Virus record (IMG/VR): IMGVR_UViG_3300036770_008728
Span: 20,407 to 84,406 of that record
Origin: a virus
DNA: 64,000 bases
Direction: 5' to 3' (one strand)
In this document: positions 29,543-39,533 of the stretch, piece by piece
Layout: each line of letters begins with the position of its first letter
Position numbering within the stretch: the first letter of the stretch is position 1
The notes under the pieces: generated by a model
The model's database searches: none
What the model saw: only the letters and a program-made list of their open reading frames with translations
Told to the model about the DNA's origin: nothing
Program-made: the position numbers and the translations under genes

Positions 29543-30661
29543 ATGACGGTACTTTATACCGAAAAACTGTATATCAACCACTCCAGCGGCCAAGCCGGCA
29601 GCTGGGAAATCGAAGTGACTGACGCCGGCGCTGACGGTGCTCGAATTGTAACCACGGCCTGTAAAGTAATTGGCGGCAAACCGGTGGAACATATTGAGTT
29701 CGTGAAGGTCGGCAAGAACGTCGGCCGTGCCAACGAAACTACTCCGCTGCAGCAGGCTATCTCTGAGGCCCAGTCCAAGGCTCAGAAGAAAATGGACAAG
29801 GGTTACACCCGTGAGATCCCAGAAGCCGGCCAGAAAGCGGTGAACAGCCTGGGCCTGACTAAGCCGATGCTGGCGCAGGAATTCACGGGCGTTTCAAAAT
29901 GGCCTGTATTTATTCAGCCAAAGCTCGACGGCAATCGCTGTCTGGCTGCTCGTGTTGACGGCAAAGTGAAGCTGTGGAGCCGGGGCGGGAAGGAAATTAA
30001 CCTCCCGCATATCATTGAAATACTGGAAGCCAAACTGCCTGAAGGTCTTACTTTGGATGGTGAGCTGTACCTGCATGGTATTGCGTTACAAACCATTACC
30101 AGCTGGATTAAGAAGCTGCAGCCGGAGTCAGCCAACATCCAGTATCACATTTACGACGTGGTTTCGCCTCAGTGCTACTCAGAACGTGCCGAGGTATTCA
30201 ACAACCTGTTCGGTGGCCAGTGCGGCTTGGTCCGGGTGGTTGAGACTTATGCTTCACAGAACGAAGAAGCTATGAACAATCAGCACTCTTCATTTGTTGC
30301 CGCCGGTTATGAAGGCACCATGGTCCGTATGCCCGGTGTGGGCTACGAAGATGGCAAACGCTCCAAGTCCCTGCAAAAACTGAAAGATTTTCAGGATGGC
30401 GAATTTGAAATTGTTGGTATTGAGCGTGGTGTACCTCGGATTGTAAACGGCGGGCAACTGGAAGTTCCGCTTTATGTCTGTAAGGCGCCGAACGGCAAGA
30501 CTTTCAATGTTACGGCCCCCGGTGATATGTACCAGAAACATGCTGCATGGGTAAATTCAGAAAATGCCCTGGGTAAGCAACTCACCGTGAAGTTCTTCAA
30601 CTGGACACCGGACGGCCTGCCGTTCCTGCCGGTTGCTCTGCGTCTTCGTGACGATCTGTAA
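29543..30661 (+). CDS. ATP-dependent DNA ligase with N-terminal extension
   Basis: QPKLDGNR, LDGELY, YDV, EGTMVR and KLK motifs; OB-fold C-terminus. Confidence 0.9.
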   Translation: MTVLYTEKLYINHSSGQAGSWEIEVTDAGADGARIVTTACKVIGGKPVEHIEFVKVGKNVGRANETTPLQQAISEAQSKAQKKMDKGYTREIPEAGQKAVNSLGLTKPMLAQEFTGVSKWPVFIQPKLDGNRCLAARVDGKVKLWSRGGKEINLPHIIEILEAKLPEGLTLDGELYLHGIALQTITSWIKKLQPESANIQYHIYDVVSPQCYSERAEVFNNLFGGQCGLVRVVETYASQNEEAMNNQHSSFVAAGYEGTMVRMPGVGYEDGKRSKSLQKLKDFQDGEFEIVGIERGVPRIVNGGQLEVPLYVCKAPNGKTFNVTAPGDMYQKHAAWVNSENALGKQLTVKFFNWTPDGLPFLPVALRLRDDL

Positions 30662-30692
30662 TTCAATTCAACAATCAGAAGGATTAACAGAC

Positions 30693-30947
30693 ATGCCTCA
30701 GTTATTTCAAATCAGCGTCGGCGGGATGGTGAAGCACATTGACCAAACCGACGAGCAAGCGTTCAACATCCTGAATCAGCAGCTGCGTGGCCCAGAGGCC
30801 CGTGCTCAGGCTCAGGAGCACGACTACAAACTGCCGGAAGAATACGAAGTGACCAAGCTGCTACGCCTCGCTCGGTCCGGGATTTCGGCCTCGATGAACG
30901 GTGTGGCCATTGACCTTCAGAAACAACCTTCTGAGGTGGCCGCATGA
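30693..30947 (+). CDS. Hypothetical protein
   Basis: Leader motif before ATG 30693. Confidence 0.65.
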   Translation: MPQLFQISVGGMVKHIDQTDEQAFNILNQQLRGPEARAQAQEHDYKLPEEYEVTKLLRLARSGISASMNGVAIDLQKQPSEVAA

Positions 30948-31162
30948 GCAACGTAAATGCTTTCGTTGAAAGTGAAAAACTGTTTGAAGAATTTGGTGAA
31001 GAACATCCTGAATATGCCCGCTATGAATGGGAATCCGCCGTGGTCAATGGTGAAACCATTCTCGGTTACTGGATGTGGGTTCAGGACCAGATAGAACAGT
31101 CCAAGTAAAACAAAAAACGCCGGCGGCAACCGTCGCCGGCACAACAATTAGGATTAACGAAC

Positions 31163-32185
31163 ATGAACATGCGTTTTGAATTTCCGGCAGTCAAAGGTCG
31201 CCAGGGTGACCGTGATTTTTATATTGCCTCTATCCCATTTTCAGTACTGGGACGTCTTTTAGAAATTGATGCAGGTAACCCCCTGCAACGAAGCCAGCGC
31301 GTCGTTGATGCTGGCCGAGCAACGGCGATTGTCGATTACTTCTATCAAAACAACGACAACTACGTGCTTCCAAGTTTAACTGGCGTGGTTGAAGACCCCA
31401 GTTTGGATTTCAAAGATGTCGGCGGTGGCGCCGGAGTTTTATCACTGAAGATGGATGCCATCATCAAGCTGTTTGATGGACAACACCGTGCGACGGCTAT
31501 TACTTCAATTGTGAAATCACATGCTTTCCGCAGTAAATGGGAAGACCAGACCATTGGTGTGCAGCTGTTTGTTGGCATGACCTTGCCACAACGTCAGCAG
31601 GCGTTCTCCGATATCAACAGCAAAGCCAAGGCCGTGAGTAAGTCCCTGAACCTGGCCTACGATGTCCGCGACAAAACAACGGCTGAGTTCCGGCAACATG
31701 CTGAATGGGTGTTCGGGATCCATGTGGACTACGAAAAGAACATAGCGACGAAGGGGCAACTGACGTGGTTCAGCTTCAAACATGTTGTGGATTGCTTCCG
31801 GCTGCTCTGTGGTATGAAAGCCAAAGACAAGTTTACCAAGGCGTCCAGTGAATTAATCATGCGTTGGTTTAACCATGTGGAATTGCGTCGGTCCTGTGAC
31901 TGGAATCATGGCCATAAACCAGATCATATCAGCCGAACGGCACTGGGCTTGCTGGCACTGACTCGCGTCTTTAACTATGCCCATTCGGCTCAGATCACTC
32001 CAGACGAGCTGGCTGTCAGCTTGGCTAAAATTGATTTTAACCGTGAGAACCCGCTGTGGTTAAACGTCTGTGTGGATGCGAAAGGCCGGATGATTGCGAA
32101 CCCGCAGTCAATTAAGGCCACGGCACGGAAGATACTGGAAGCCTGTGAATACACAGTCCCAGCGGATTGTCCGGCTCTTCAGTAA
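31163..32185 (+). CDS. DGQHR-domain (DndB-like) protein
   Basis: FPAVKGRQ, SQR, FDGQHR, QQAFSDIN. Confidence 0.85.
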   Translation: MNMRFEFPAVKGRQGDRDFYIASIPFSVLGRLLEIDAGNPLQRSQRVVDAGRATAIVDYFYQNNDNYVLPSLTGVVEDPSLDFKDVGGGAGVLSLKMDAIIKLFDGQHRATAITSIVKSHAFRSKWEDQTIGVQLFVGMTLPQRQQAFSDINSKAKAVSKSLNLAYDVRDKTTAEFRQHAEWVFGIHVDYEKNIATKGQLTWFSFKHVVDCFRLLCGMKAKDKFTKASSELIMRWFNHVELRRSCDWNHGHKPDHISRTALGLLALTRVFNYAHSAQITPDELAVSLAKIDFNRENPLWLNVCVDAKGRMIANPQSIKATARKILEACEYTVPADCPALQ

Positions 32186-32241
32186 TTTAAGAACCCGCCG
32201 GCGGCAAAGGTCGCCGGCATCAACCATTAGGATTAACGATC

Positions 32242-33039
32242 ATGTCAGCAATGAAATTTCTAAACGGTGTCCTGCACCGCATCACGATTGAACAAGATTC
32301 AGATCCGTTTAACCCACGAACCGACCGCGACAACGTGGGTACCATGGTTTGTTGGCACCGGAACTACAAGCTGGGCGACGAGCAACCAAAAATGGCGTCT
32401 GATGAGTACCGTAAAAATCTGGCTATTAGCTTTGACCCGAAACTCGAAGACAGGCTGGCACGGATTGAAGACCGGTTTGATAAATCGTACTACCAGCTGA
32501 CAGGTCCACAGGGTCGTCAACAATGGCGTATTGACTATGATAATGCTCTGGATTCGGCGGTGAACGCGGTGCTGGATAAACACATTGTGCAGCTTCCGCT
32601 GTATCTGTACGACCACTCAGGTATCACGATGCGTACTGGTCCGTTCGGTTGTCGCTGGGATTCCGGCCAGGTCGGATTCATCTACATCACCCGGGAAAAA
32701 ATCCAAAAAGAATGGGGATGGAAGAAACTGACCAAAGAGCGCCGTGAAAAGCTGGCTTCCTTCATGGAGTCCGAGGTCGAGGAGTATGATCACTACCTGA
32801 CCGGCCAAGTTTACGGCTTTAAACACGAAACCGCTCAATTGCCCGAGGACTACCTGGTTCTGGGCTTACTGAGCGACGTTCAGGCCTTTGACATTCTGCA
32901 GCGCAACGTTGATGTCGACCGGCTGGACTGGGAAGAGCAGGACAGCTGCTGGGGCTTCCTCGGTGATGACATAGAGAAGAACGGGATTATGGATCACATC
33001 CCGAAAGGTCTGGAGCAACTGGCGAGGGACGCCGCATGA
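32242..33039 (+). CDS. Conserved-type phage/MGE hypothetical protein
   Basis: LPLYLYDHSG, WDSGQVGFIY, YLTGQVYGF, SCWGF; hairpin plus leader motif. Confidence 0.7.
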   Translation: MSAMKFLNGVLHRITIEQDSDPFNPRTDRDNVGTMVCWHRNYKLGDEQPKMASDEYRKNLAISFDPKLEDRLARIEDRFDKSYYQLTGPQGRQQWRIDYDNALDSAVNAVLDKHIVQLPLYLYDHSGITMRTGPFGCRWDSGQVGFIYITREKIQKEWGWKKLTKERREKLASFMESEVEEYDHYLTGQVYGFKHETAQLPEDYLVLGLLSDVQAFDILQRNVDVDRLDWEEQDSCWGFLGDDIEKNGIMDHIPKGLEQLARDAA

Positions 33040-33341
33040 TCCAGTTGCATAATCCAATCCCCAAGGAAGTGCTGATTAAGCTCGGCAAGACCCTGCAGGA
33101 GTCTCAAGGATATGAGCTGGGTTATTTCTATGCTGACAAAGAAGAGTTTGGCGAGGTGGGCCTCTGGTTGTGTTTGCCAGGTAATGGTCACCTCGTAGGC
33201 CGACATGTCACCGTTCACTTTGTGGAAACCCACGGAAACTCCAAGGAGTACTTGGAAAGTTTTCAGAAACTGGCTAAGGACCTCAACACGTTACTAAGCC
33301 TCAAAGTTCCTGAGGCTTGTCGAATACACCTGAAGTGGTAA
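33036..33341 (+). CDS. Hypothetical protein
   Basis: Coupled ORF. Confidence 0.55.
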   Translation: MIQLHNPIPKEVLIKLGKTLQESQGYELGYFYADKEEFGEVGLWLCLPGNGHLVGRHVTVHFVETHGNSKEYLESFQKLAKDLNTLLSLKVPEACRIHLKW

Positions 33342-33391
33342 ATTCCCTGTCGGGGCAAAGGCCCCGACTCTCTAACCATTAGGATTAACAA

Positions 33392-34681
33392 ATGACCAAT
33401 GCACTGCAGAACCTGCCGCCTTTTCCCGAGCCGGTACCCAACCAATACTTCATCGACGGCCGCACCGTAGACCTCTCTGAAGACCAAATTTTAGTCCGGG
33501 ATACCATTTTGTCTGGCCGGAACGTTTTCCTGACGGGGGAGCCCGGTACCGGCAAATCGGTGCTGACCAAAGTATTAAAATATGAATTTGCTAAACGCCG
33601 GAAGTCACTGGTGGTTCTGGCTCCTACAGGAATTGCCGCTTTGAACGTCGGTGGTTCCACCATCCACAAGTTCTTCAAATTCAAAATTGACCCGCTGGAA
33701 CCCTACTACGGCGACTCGGTGGGGCGCTCTTTCCGGATGCGTGAACTTATCCGGGCAACAGATGTTCTGCTGATTGACGAAATTTCAATGGTCCGCAGTG
33801 ACGTGTTTGTTGCGATGGATAAGGCAATGCGGGGCGCGATGCTGGAACCGAATAAACCGTTTGGTGGTCGGCAAGTGATCTTGGTTGGTGACTTTTTCCA
33901 GCTTCCACCCGTAGTTTCAGACCCGAACCTGTACCCGTGGCTCGACCAATTCTTTGGTGGCCGTGCCGCCTACAACACAGCCAGCTGGGTCGAAGGTAAT
34001 TTTGAGTGCCTGGGCCTGACTGAGATGCACCGTCAAACGGGAGACCCGATGTTTGTGAACGCCCTGCGGCATATCCGCAACCGGGACACTCAAGGTTTTG
34101 GGATGGTGAATCAGATGTGTCGGGTGACTCGGGATTTAGAGGGGACCATTATCGTGTTCACTCGGGATGCCGCTCGGGTTATTAACGGCCGGCGCCTGAA
34201 CGAACTGGATGCCACACCATTCACCTTCGTTGCAGAGATTGAAAAAGGTGCGGTGGCGCCGGTTGATGCTGAAATCACATTGAAAGTCGGTGCCCGCGTC
34301 ATTCTGATGGCCAACACTGATGCTTTTGTGAATGGGGACATGGGTGAGGTTATCGAACTCCGTACAGATACCATTGTGGTGAAACTCGACCGAGGCCACC
34401 GGATTGAAGTATGCCGGCATGTCTGGGAGCAAAAAGAGTACGTGGTGGCTTCCGATGGCCAGATCACGGAAAAGGGTGGCGCTAAATTCTCCCAGTTTCC
34501 TCTGGCACTCGGCTGGGCCATCACAGCGCACAAATCACAAGGCCAGACCCTCGACAAGGTGACGCTGCTGCTCGATACCCGCCCTTTCGAACCTGGCCAG
34601 CTGTATGTGGCCCTGAGCCGCGTTCGCCGTGCAGAAGACCTGCTGCTTGGCCGTCCGTTAGATAACTTTGACATGGTGTGA
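33392..34681 (+). CDS. Pif1/RecD-like SF1B helicase
   Basis: GEPGTGKS, APTGIAA, IDEISM, GDFFQLPPV, HKSQGQT, YVALSR. Confidence 0.92.
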   Translation: MTNALQNLPPFPEPVPNQYFIDGRTVDLSEDQILVRDTILSGRNVFLTGEPGTGKSVLTKVLKYEFAKRRKSLVVLAPTGIAALNVGGSTIHKFFKFKIDPLEPYYGDSVGRSFRMRELIRATDVLLIDEISMVRSDVFVAMDKAMRGAMLEPNKPFGGRQVILVGDFFQLPPVVSDPNLYPWLDQFFGGRAAYNTASWVEGNFECLGLTEMHRQTGDPMFVNALRHIRNRDTQGFGMVNQMCRVTRDLEGTIIVFTRDAARVINGRRLNELDATPFTFVAEIEKGAVAPVDAEITLKVGARVILMANTDAFVNGDMGEVIELRTDTIVVKLDRGHRIEVCRHVWEQKEYVVASDGQITEKGGAKFSQFPLALGWAITAHKSQGQTLDKVTLLLDTRPFEPGQLYVALSRVRRAEDLLLGRPLDNFDMV

Positions 34682-34688
34682 GGTGAGT

Positions 34689-35177
34689 ATGTCTGCTGCT
34701 GAAAATTTGGATGTGCAAACCGAAATCAAAAAAATGCTGGTCAATCATCCGGATTCGGCGGATGCAGTTATCGCCCAGCTCAAAGACCAGCTGTTGGCTG
34801 AGCTGGTACCAGACGAGCAGTTCCGGGAAATGATTCTGGAAGTAACCGACGGCCTGAAGGGGTATTTAGAGAGCCAAATCGAAAAGGTTTGGTTTCAAAA
34901 ACTAATGCCCGAGCTCATTGAGTTCCTGAAAGATACCGGTCGCGACAAAGCGTTTTTGGACCTGATTCGCGCCGACGATCTCTTGATGGATTCTCTCCGT
35001 GAAGACTCAAAGTTCATTGAGATGCTAATTGGGGAGCTTCCAACCCCGAGCGAACTCGACAGCGACGAACTGATTGGTGAAGTGATGAAACGCTACCATG
35101 CCCATGACATGGATATCCGTCACTTCATCAACGACGTTCAGCTGAACAATCCACTTGTGATGCGGCGCAGGGAGTAA
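34689..35177 (+). CDS. Hypothetical helical protein
   Basis: GAGG SD before ATG 34689. Confidence 0.6.
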   Translation: MSAAENLDVQTEIKKMLVNHPDSADAVIAQLKDQLLAELVPDEQFREMILEVTDGLKGYLESQIEKVWFQKLMPELIEFLKDTGRDKAFLDLIRADDLLMDSLREDSKFIEMLIGELPTPSELDSDELIGEVMKRYHAHDMDIRHFINDVQLNNPLVMRRRE

Positions 35178-35354
35178 CCAATGCGTGAAACTTTTGAGCT
35201 GAAGATTTTTGAACGTAACGACCATTTCAATAAACGGAAATGGTTCGAGCTAACCGAACTGAAATCCGGTGAAGTCATTTTTGAACACGAGCTTCAAGAG
35301 CGAGTTCTCAACTATGCAGAAGAGTTCGTGAAACTTCGGCCGGGCCAATACAAA

Positions 35355-35666
35355 CTTCTAAAAAATTAAGGAAATTCAAATGCGTATTAATGTTTACAGT
35401 CAAGAGCTTACAAACGAAGTGATTTTGGTTGCCAAAGAAAGTAACACCGAAGTCACTTATCATGCAGCACAACTGATTTTGCATAGCAGTGAACGACTGC
35501 ACCATCCACCACAAGATGATGACCGCAGCGCCGTTACTTTTTGGCTTCCAAAATCTAAAGCTCGGCGGGAAGAAATGGCCGTAGCTTTTGAACGTATAGC
35601 CGAAATTTTTCGGACGGCTCCTTCAGAGACTGGCTTGGACTAACCCGCTTCTAAAAAATTAAGGAA
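35355..35666 (+). repeat. 19-bp perfect direct repeat flanking gene 35380-35643
   Basis: CTTCTAAAAAATTAAGGAA at 35355-35373 and 35648-35666. Confidence 0.9.
35380..35643 (+). CDS. Small phage protein
   Basis: MRINVYSQEL...DDDRSAVTFW; AAGGA SD. Confidence 0.7.
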   Translation: MRINVYSQELTNEVILVAKESNTEVTYHAAQLILHSSERLHHPPQDDDRSAVTFWLPKSKARREEMAVAFERIAEIFRTAPSETGLD

Positions 35667-35699
35667 TTCGACAATGACCCACCGTACAATCCATCCACC

Positions 35700-35999
35700 A
35701 TGACTGCAGGTATTACCATGAAGAAGAAAAAAGTCCCGACCCTCAACGCACAACTGACAGATCTGCCCGAACTCACCCAGATGCAGCAGCTGAGTAGCGA
35801 TATTCAGAAGCTGCTACCTTTGGCTTCACAGGACATTCCAACCATCCACAACGGGAAGTCCTGGCGCCAAGTAGACTTCCTAAAACTCTGTCACCAATGG
35901 TTTGTGCTTGCACAGAAACATCAGGTACCCAGTGATGGGATGCGGGCATTCCTTCAGCCTCACCGTGCGAAACTCACTGAGTTAGGTCTGGACATCTAA
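35700..35999 (+). CDS. Hypothetical protein
   Basis: ORF followed by hairpin 36001-36032. Confidence 0.5.
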   Translation: MTAGITMKKKKVPTLNAQLTDLPELTQMQQLSSDIQKLLPLASQDIPTIHNGKSWRQVDFLKLCHQWFVLAQKHQVPSDGMRAFLQPHRAKLTELGLDI

Positions 36000-36090
36000 A
36001 AAGTTTGGGGGGCTTTTCGTACCCCCAAACTTCGTTAAAATACGCCAAGGACGACAAAGGTCGGCCGTTAAATGATTAGGATTAACAAAC

Positions 36091-36897
36091 ATGCAACTCA
36101 ATGCGTCTGCCGCTTTTACGGTAATCACACGTCATCGGAAAATTCCACCAGCCACGGATACCCGGCCACAAGCAGAACCACAGCCGCACTTCGGCGTGTC
36201 TGAAGTCAACGGCGTGAAATACATCTTCCAGGATACATGCCCAGAGGGTATGCCTTTGGTCGCTTGGGAAGACCGTTTCTCCAAGCGTTCCGGTCGCAGC
36301 ACAGAAGAAGCAGGTATCGGCGGGTGCTGTGCTCACAACCTCAATACGATTAACCTGTACCGCAAGGTTTCAAGCAATCAATGGGCTGAGTTCCTAAAGA
36401 TTGCCAGCGACCCGCTGGTTCAGCTGTTTATGCCAGTACCGGCCGAGGCAAAGCCATTTCAATCCAATGTGCTGATCTTGGACCAGAACCTGTGTAAGAG
36501 CTGGTACTTTCTGCTCAAAAATTTAGAGCGTTTGTGCTCACCGATGTACACAAAAATCTGGCCATGGGGTGACCAGCAAGCACAGGACCGCTACCGTGAA
36601 CTGTCACTCACCAATATCCACCCGGTTGTTTACACGTTCAAGGCCGCGAAGCATGACTTCAATGAAATTCGCCAGTTTATTTCAGCGGCACGAAACAGCG
36701 ACGTTCGCCGGCCAGTGTTACTGGTGGCTGATACACCTCTGGTGGCCAAGCTGGCAGAAATCAAAGGGACGGAGGTTATCCAATCCGGTCTGGTTGATAA
36801 CTGCCTGACCAGTAACATGATCACCTTACCGTTGGAGCACATTGGTACCCGAGTTCTGGGTTACTACGCCCAGCATGACACCATAGAGCTCCGCTGA
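36091..36897 (+). CDS. Hypothetical protein
   Basis: Hairpin plus leader motif. Confidence 0.7.
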   Translation: MQLNASAAFTVITRHRKIPPATDTRPQAEPQPHFGVSEVNGVKYIFQDTCPEGMPLVAWEDRFSKRSGRSTEEAGIGGCCAHNLNTINLYRKVSSNQWAEFLKIASDPLVQLFMPVPAEAKPFQSNVLILDQNLCKSWYFLLKNLERLCSPMYTKIWPWGDQQAQDRYRELSLTNIHPVVYTFKAAKHDFNEIRQFISAARNSDVRRPVLLVADTPLVAKLAEIKGTEVIQSGLVDNCLTSNMITLPLEHIGTRVLGYYAQHDTIELR

Positions 36898-37652
36898 TGT
36901 CTCGTAATGGAGGCCCCCGGCTCCACGGGGGCGACTTCAGTTTTGTTCAGGGGCTGGACCGGCAGAAGTTTTTCACTTACGTATCGTTCAATGAAGTGCC
37001 GAGGTTTATCGGCCTGATTGACGAAGAGGAACGGCTGGGCCGTTTCAAGGCGTTGGTGGCCGAGATACGGGCTGAGCACAAAATTAAAAGCCTTCATGCC
37101 ATGGCAAAAATCATGGGTAAAAACGCCGATGATTTCAGGAAACTGCAGTTCCATTCAGCGAAGACAGTTCCATTCGGCATGACCATGGACATGTGTTACC
37201 TGTTTCAAAAAGACCCTGCCAGGGTATTCCCAGAGCTTATCTGGATGCGTGACCTCTGGTTGGAAGACATGAAGCTGGTAATTGCAAGCGCACAGGCTTT
37301 TGCAGCGATTGGCGACCTTAAAGGTGTCACTGAGTGCCTTGAGGCATTAAAGCTCGGCATAGGCGTTTACACAGAGCCAGAGACCGCCTCAAAACTTACC
37401 CCATTACTCCAGAGCACCGACGCTCACTTTACACAGCGCTACTGTTCCAACCAATGGATCCGGAAACAGATGCGGAATCAACTTCAGACGATGCCCTATC
37501 AACGAGCCGAACAGCTCAATCAGCAGGTGGCAGACCGTTTAGAACATGACAGGGGCGAAATTTATGAAATCCTCAGCGCAGAAAAGGCTAATACCGAAGC
37601 AGCCGATAGACGACGGGCTGATCGACTTCGAAGAAGTGCAAAAAAACCGTGA
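36897..37652 (+). CDS. Hypothetical protein
   Basis: TGATG coupling to the upstream gene. Confidence 0.65.
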   Translation: MSRNGGPRLHGGDFSFVQGLDRQKFFTYVSFNEVPRFIGLIDEEERLGRFKALVAEIRAEHKIKSLHAMAKIMGKNADDFRKLQFHSAKTVPFGMTMDMCYLFQKDPARVFPELIWMRDLWLEDMKLVIASAQAFAAIGDLKGVTECLEALKLGIGVYTEPETASKLTPLLQSTDAHFTQRYCSNQWIRKQMRNQLQTMPYQRAEQLNQQVADRLEHDRGEIYEILSAEKANTEAADRRRADRLRRSAKKP

Positions 37653-39096
37653 GCTGTTAAGCCTCCGGCAATACCAAACGAACCACCTGGGTTTTTTCCT
37701 GAAGGAATGGCGAGCGGTCGACCGTTCCGATGCCGGCACCGGTAAAACTCCGGTGATGTGCTTGTGGCTTTATGCCCGGTCTCAGGAAGACCGCTGCATC
37801 TGGGCCATGCCAAAGTCACTGCTCTCGAAAAACTACGAAGAGCTACTGCTCTGGAGCAACCTGCAGCCGCATCAAATCGTGCTGGTCGACGGTACCCCCG
37901 AGCAGCGTAAGAAACAGATGGACTGGAAAGACGGCCGCGTCTTCTTGATGGGCTTTGACACCTTTGCCAACAACTGGGAGTACCTGCGGAGTAAGTATTC
38001 CAACGTGGTGCACTTTTGCGGGGATGAGTTCCACCGGGGATTCAGTACTCACGGCGTTCGGAACTGGCGAAATCCGCTGAAGTTCGACGGTCCGCGCCGG
38101 ACAGTGATGCTGTACGAGTTCCTTCACAAGGGCGGTAGCATGTTGGCTACCACCGGAACGTTGATTAACGGCAGGCTGACGTCGGCATTTCCGGTCATCC
38201 ACCTGATTAATCCGGTGTACTACGGAACCTATTCAACCTTCGAGTCATGGCATTGCATCCTGGATAACTGGGGCAAGCCCATCATGTACAAGAACCATGA
38301 CCGACTCTCAGCCATTTTAGACAAGCATGGCCGGCGTATTACATACCAAGAAGCATACGGTGAGGAGAACAAACAAATCTTCGTCATCCAGTGCAACATG
38401 GGTGTAAACCAGAAAAAAGCCTACAAGCAGTTTGAAGAGCGGGCGATTTTGGAGCTGGAAGACGGGTTCATCGAATCGAAGAGCTCAGCCACCACGCTGC
38501 GAAAATGTATGGAACTGATGCAGGTCCCGGAGCTGTTTGATATTCAGGACAACAACGACGATGGCAAAGAAGCCCATTTGCGGGATGAAGTGGAGCTGGC
38601 CATTGAAGAGAAGCAGCAGTTGCTGATTTTCGACCCGATTAAGAATGCCCAGGCTAAATGGGCACGTATCCTCAATGACATGGGGCGCAAAGCCGAGGTC
38701 ATGAATGGGGATGTGACGGGCACCCAGCGGATGTGGCAGGACAAACGGTTCCGTGAGGGTGAAATCACAGATCTGGTTTGCAGCCCGGATGTGGCTGGTG
38801 TCGGTTTTAACTGGGAGCATGTCAACACCGTCATCTTCATGATGTTGGACTGGCAGGACACCACGTTCATTCAGAACTACCGGCGAGCACTGAGGGGCAC
38901 TCGGACAAAACCATTGCGTATCTTGGTGTTTCAGTATCGGGCCAGCATCGACCAGAAAATTGCCCAAAAGCTCAACTGGAAATCGGAGAACCGGTTGCGG
39001 GTTGAAGGGGGCACCGAGGTCAATATTGGTGGCAAACCGAAAGCCGACAAAATGAGTTTGTCGATGGAAGATATCGTAAAAACGGGTACAAATTGA
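37546..39096 (+). CDS. SF2 (SNF2-like) DNA helicase; start uncertain
   Basis: DAGTGKT, DEFH, TTGT, GVGFN, QNYRRALR. Confidence 0.85.
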   Translation: MTGAKFMKSSAQKRLIPKQPIDDGLIDFEEVQKNRELLSLRQYQTNHLGFFLKEWRAVDRSDAGTGKTPVMCLWLYARSQEDRCIWAMPKSLLSKNYEELLLWSNLQPHQIVLVDGTPEQRKKQMDWKDGRVFLMGFDTFANNWEYLRSKYSNVVHFCGDEFHRGFSTHGVRNWRNPLKFDGPRRTVMLYEFLHKGGSMLATTGTLINGRLTSAFPVIHLINPVYYGTYSTFESWHCILDNWGKPIMYKNHDRLSAILDKHGRRITYQEAYGEENKQIFVIQCNMGVNQKKAYKQFEERAILELEDGFIESKSSATTLRKCMELMQVPELFDIQDNNDDGKEAHLRDEVELAIEEKQQLLIFDPIKNAQAKWARILNDMGRKAEVMNGDVTGTQRMWQDKRFREGEITDLVCSPDVAGVGFNWEHVNTVIFMMLDWQDTTFIQNYRRALRGTRTKPLRILVFQYRASIDQKIAQKLNWKSENRLRVEGGTEVNIGGKPKADKMSLSMEDIVKTGTN

Positions 39097-39147
39097 CCTG
39101 TGGATAGAATTCTGCAAGCGAGGAACGGCGGGCACTCCAATTAGATC

Positions 39148-39204
39148 AGATACACATTCTAATTAAAATGTGTGTCTATATAATTAGAACCGAGGGTCTG
39201 ACCC
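39148..39204 (+). promoter_or_regulatory. Candidate promoter/operator: dyad, TATAAT and GGGTCTGACCC palindrome
   Basis: AGATACACATT/AATGTGTGTCT dyad; TATAAT at 39179; palindrome 39194-39204. Confidence 0.5.
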
Positions 39205-39236
39205 GCTAAAAACAATCAAAATTAGGATTAACAACC

Positions 39237-39533
39237 ATGGCTAAATCTGCCTTGAATTTCAAAATTTTTAACCTGTTCACCAGTGCGATTGGGATGAATG
39301 AAGCTCAAACCAACCCACACAACGACCGGTTGAACGAGCTGTCCATTATGTCCAATTCAATGCTGACCCATTACCTGGTGGCTCCCGCTGCCGAGCGGCA
39401 ACAAGTACTGACTCAGCTTCAAGAAACGTTGAATTTGGCGCTGGACCAGCTTCAAACCGGCCTGGCTCTCATCGAAGAAGAGCAAGCCCTCCTGCAGGCG
39501 GAGATTACCCCCTTGTCGAATACAGAAAGCTGA
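39237..39533 (+). CDS. Hypothetical protein
   Basis: Leader motif before ATG. Confidence 0.65.
   Translation: MAKSALNFKIFNLFTSAIGMNEAQTNPHNDRLNELSIMSNSMLTHYLVAPAAERQQVLTQLQETLNLALDQLQTGLALIEEEQALLQAEITPLSNTES

Noticed and set aside
19667-36086. Repeated ACCATTAGGATTAAC units as a CRISPR array or integron attC array
   Set aside because: Spacing is irregular (100 bp to kilobases) with whole genes between copies; no cas or integron integrase gene; no attC R-box architecture.
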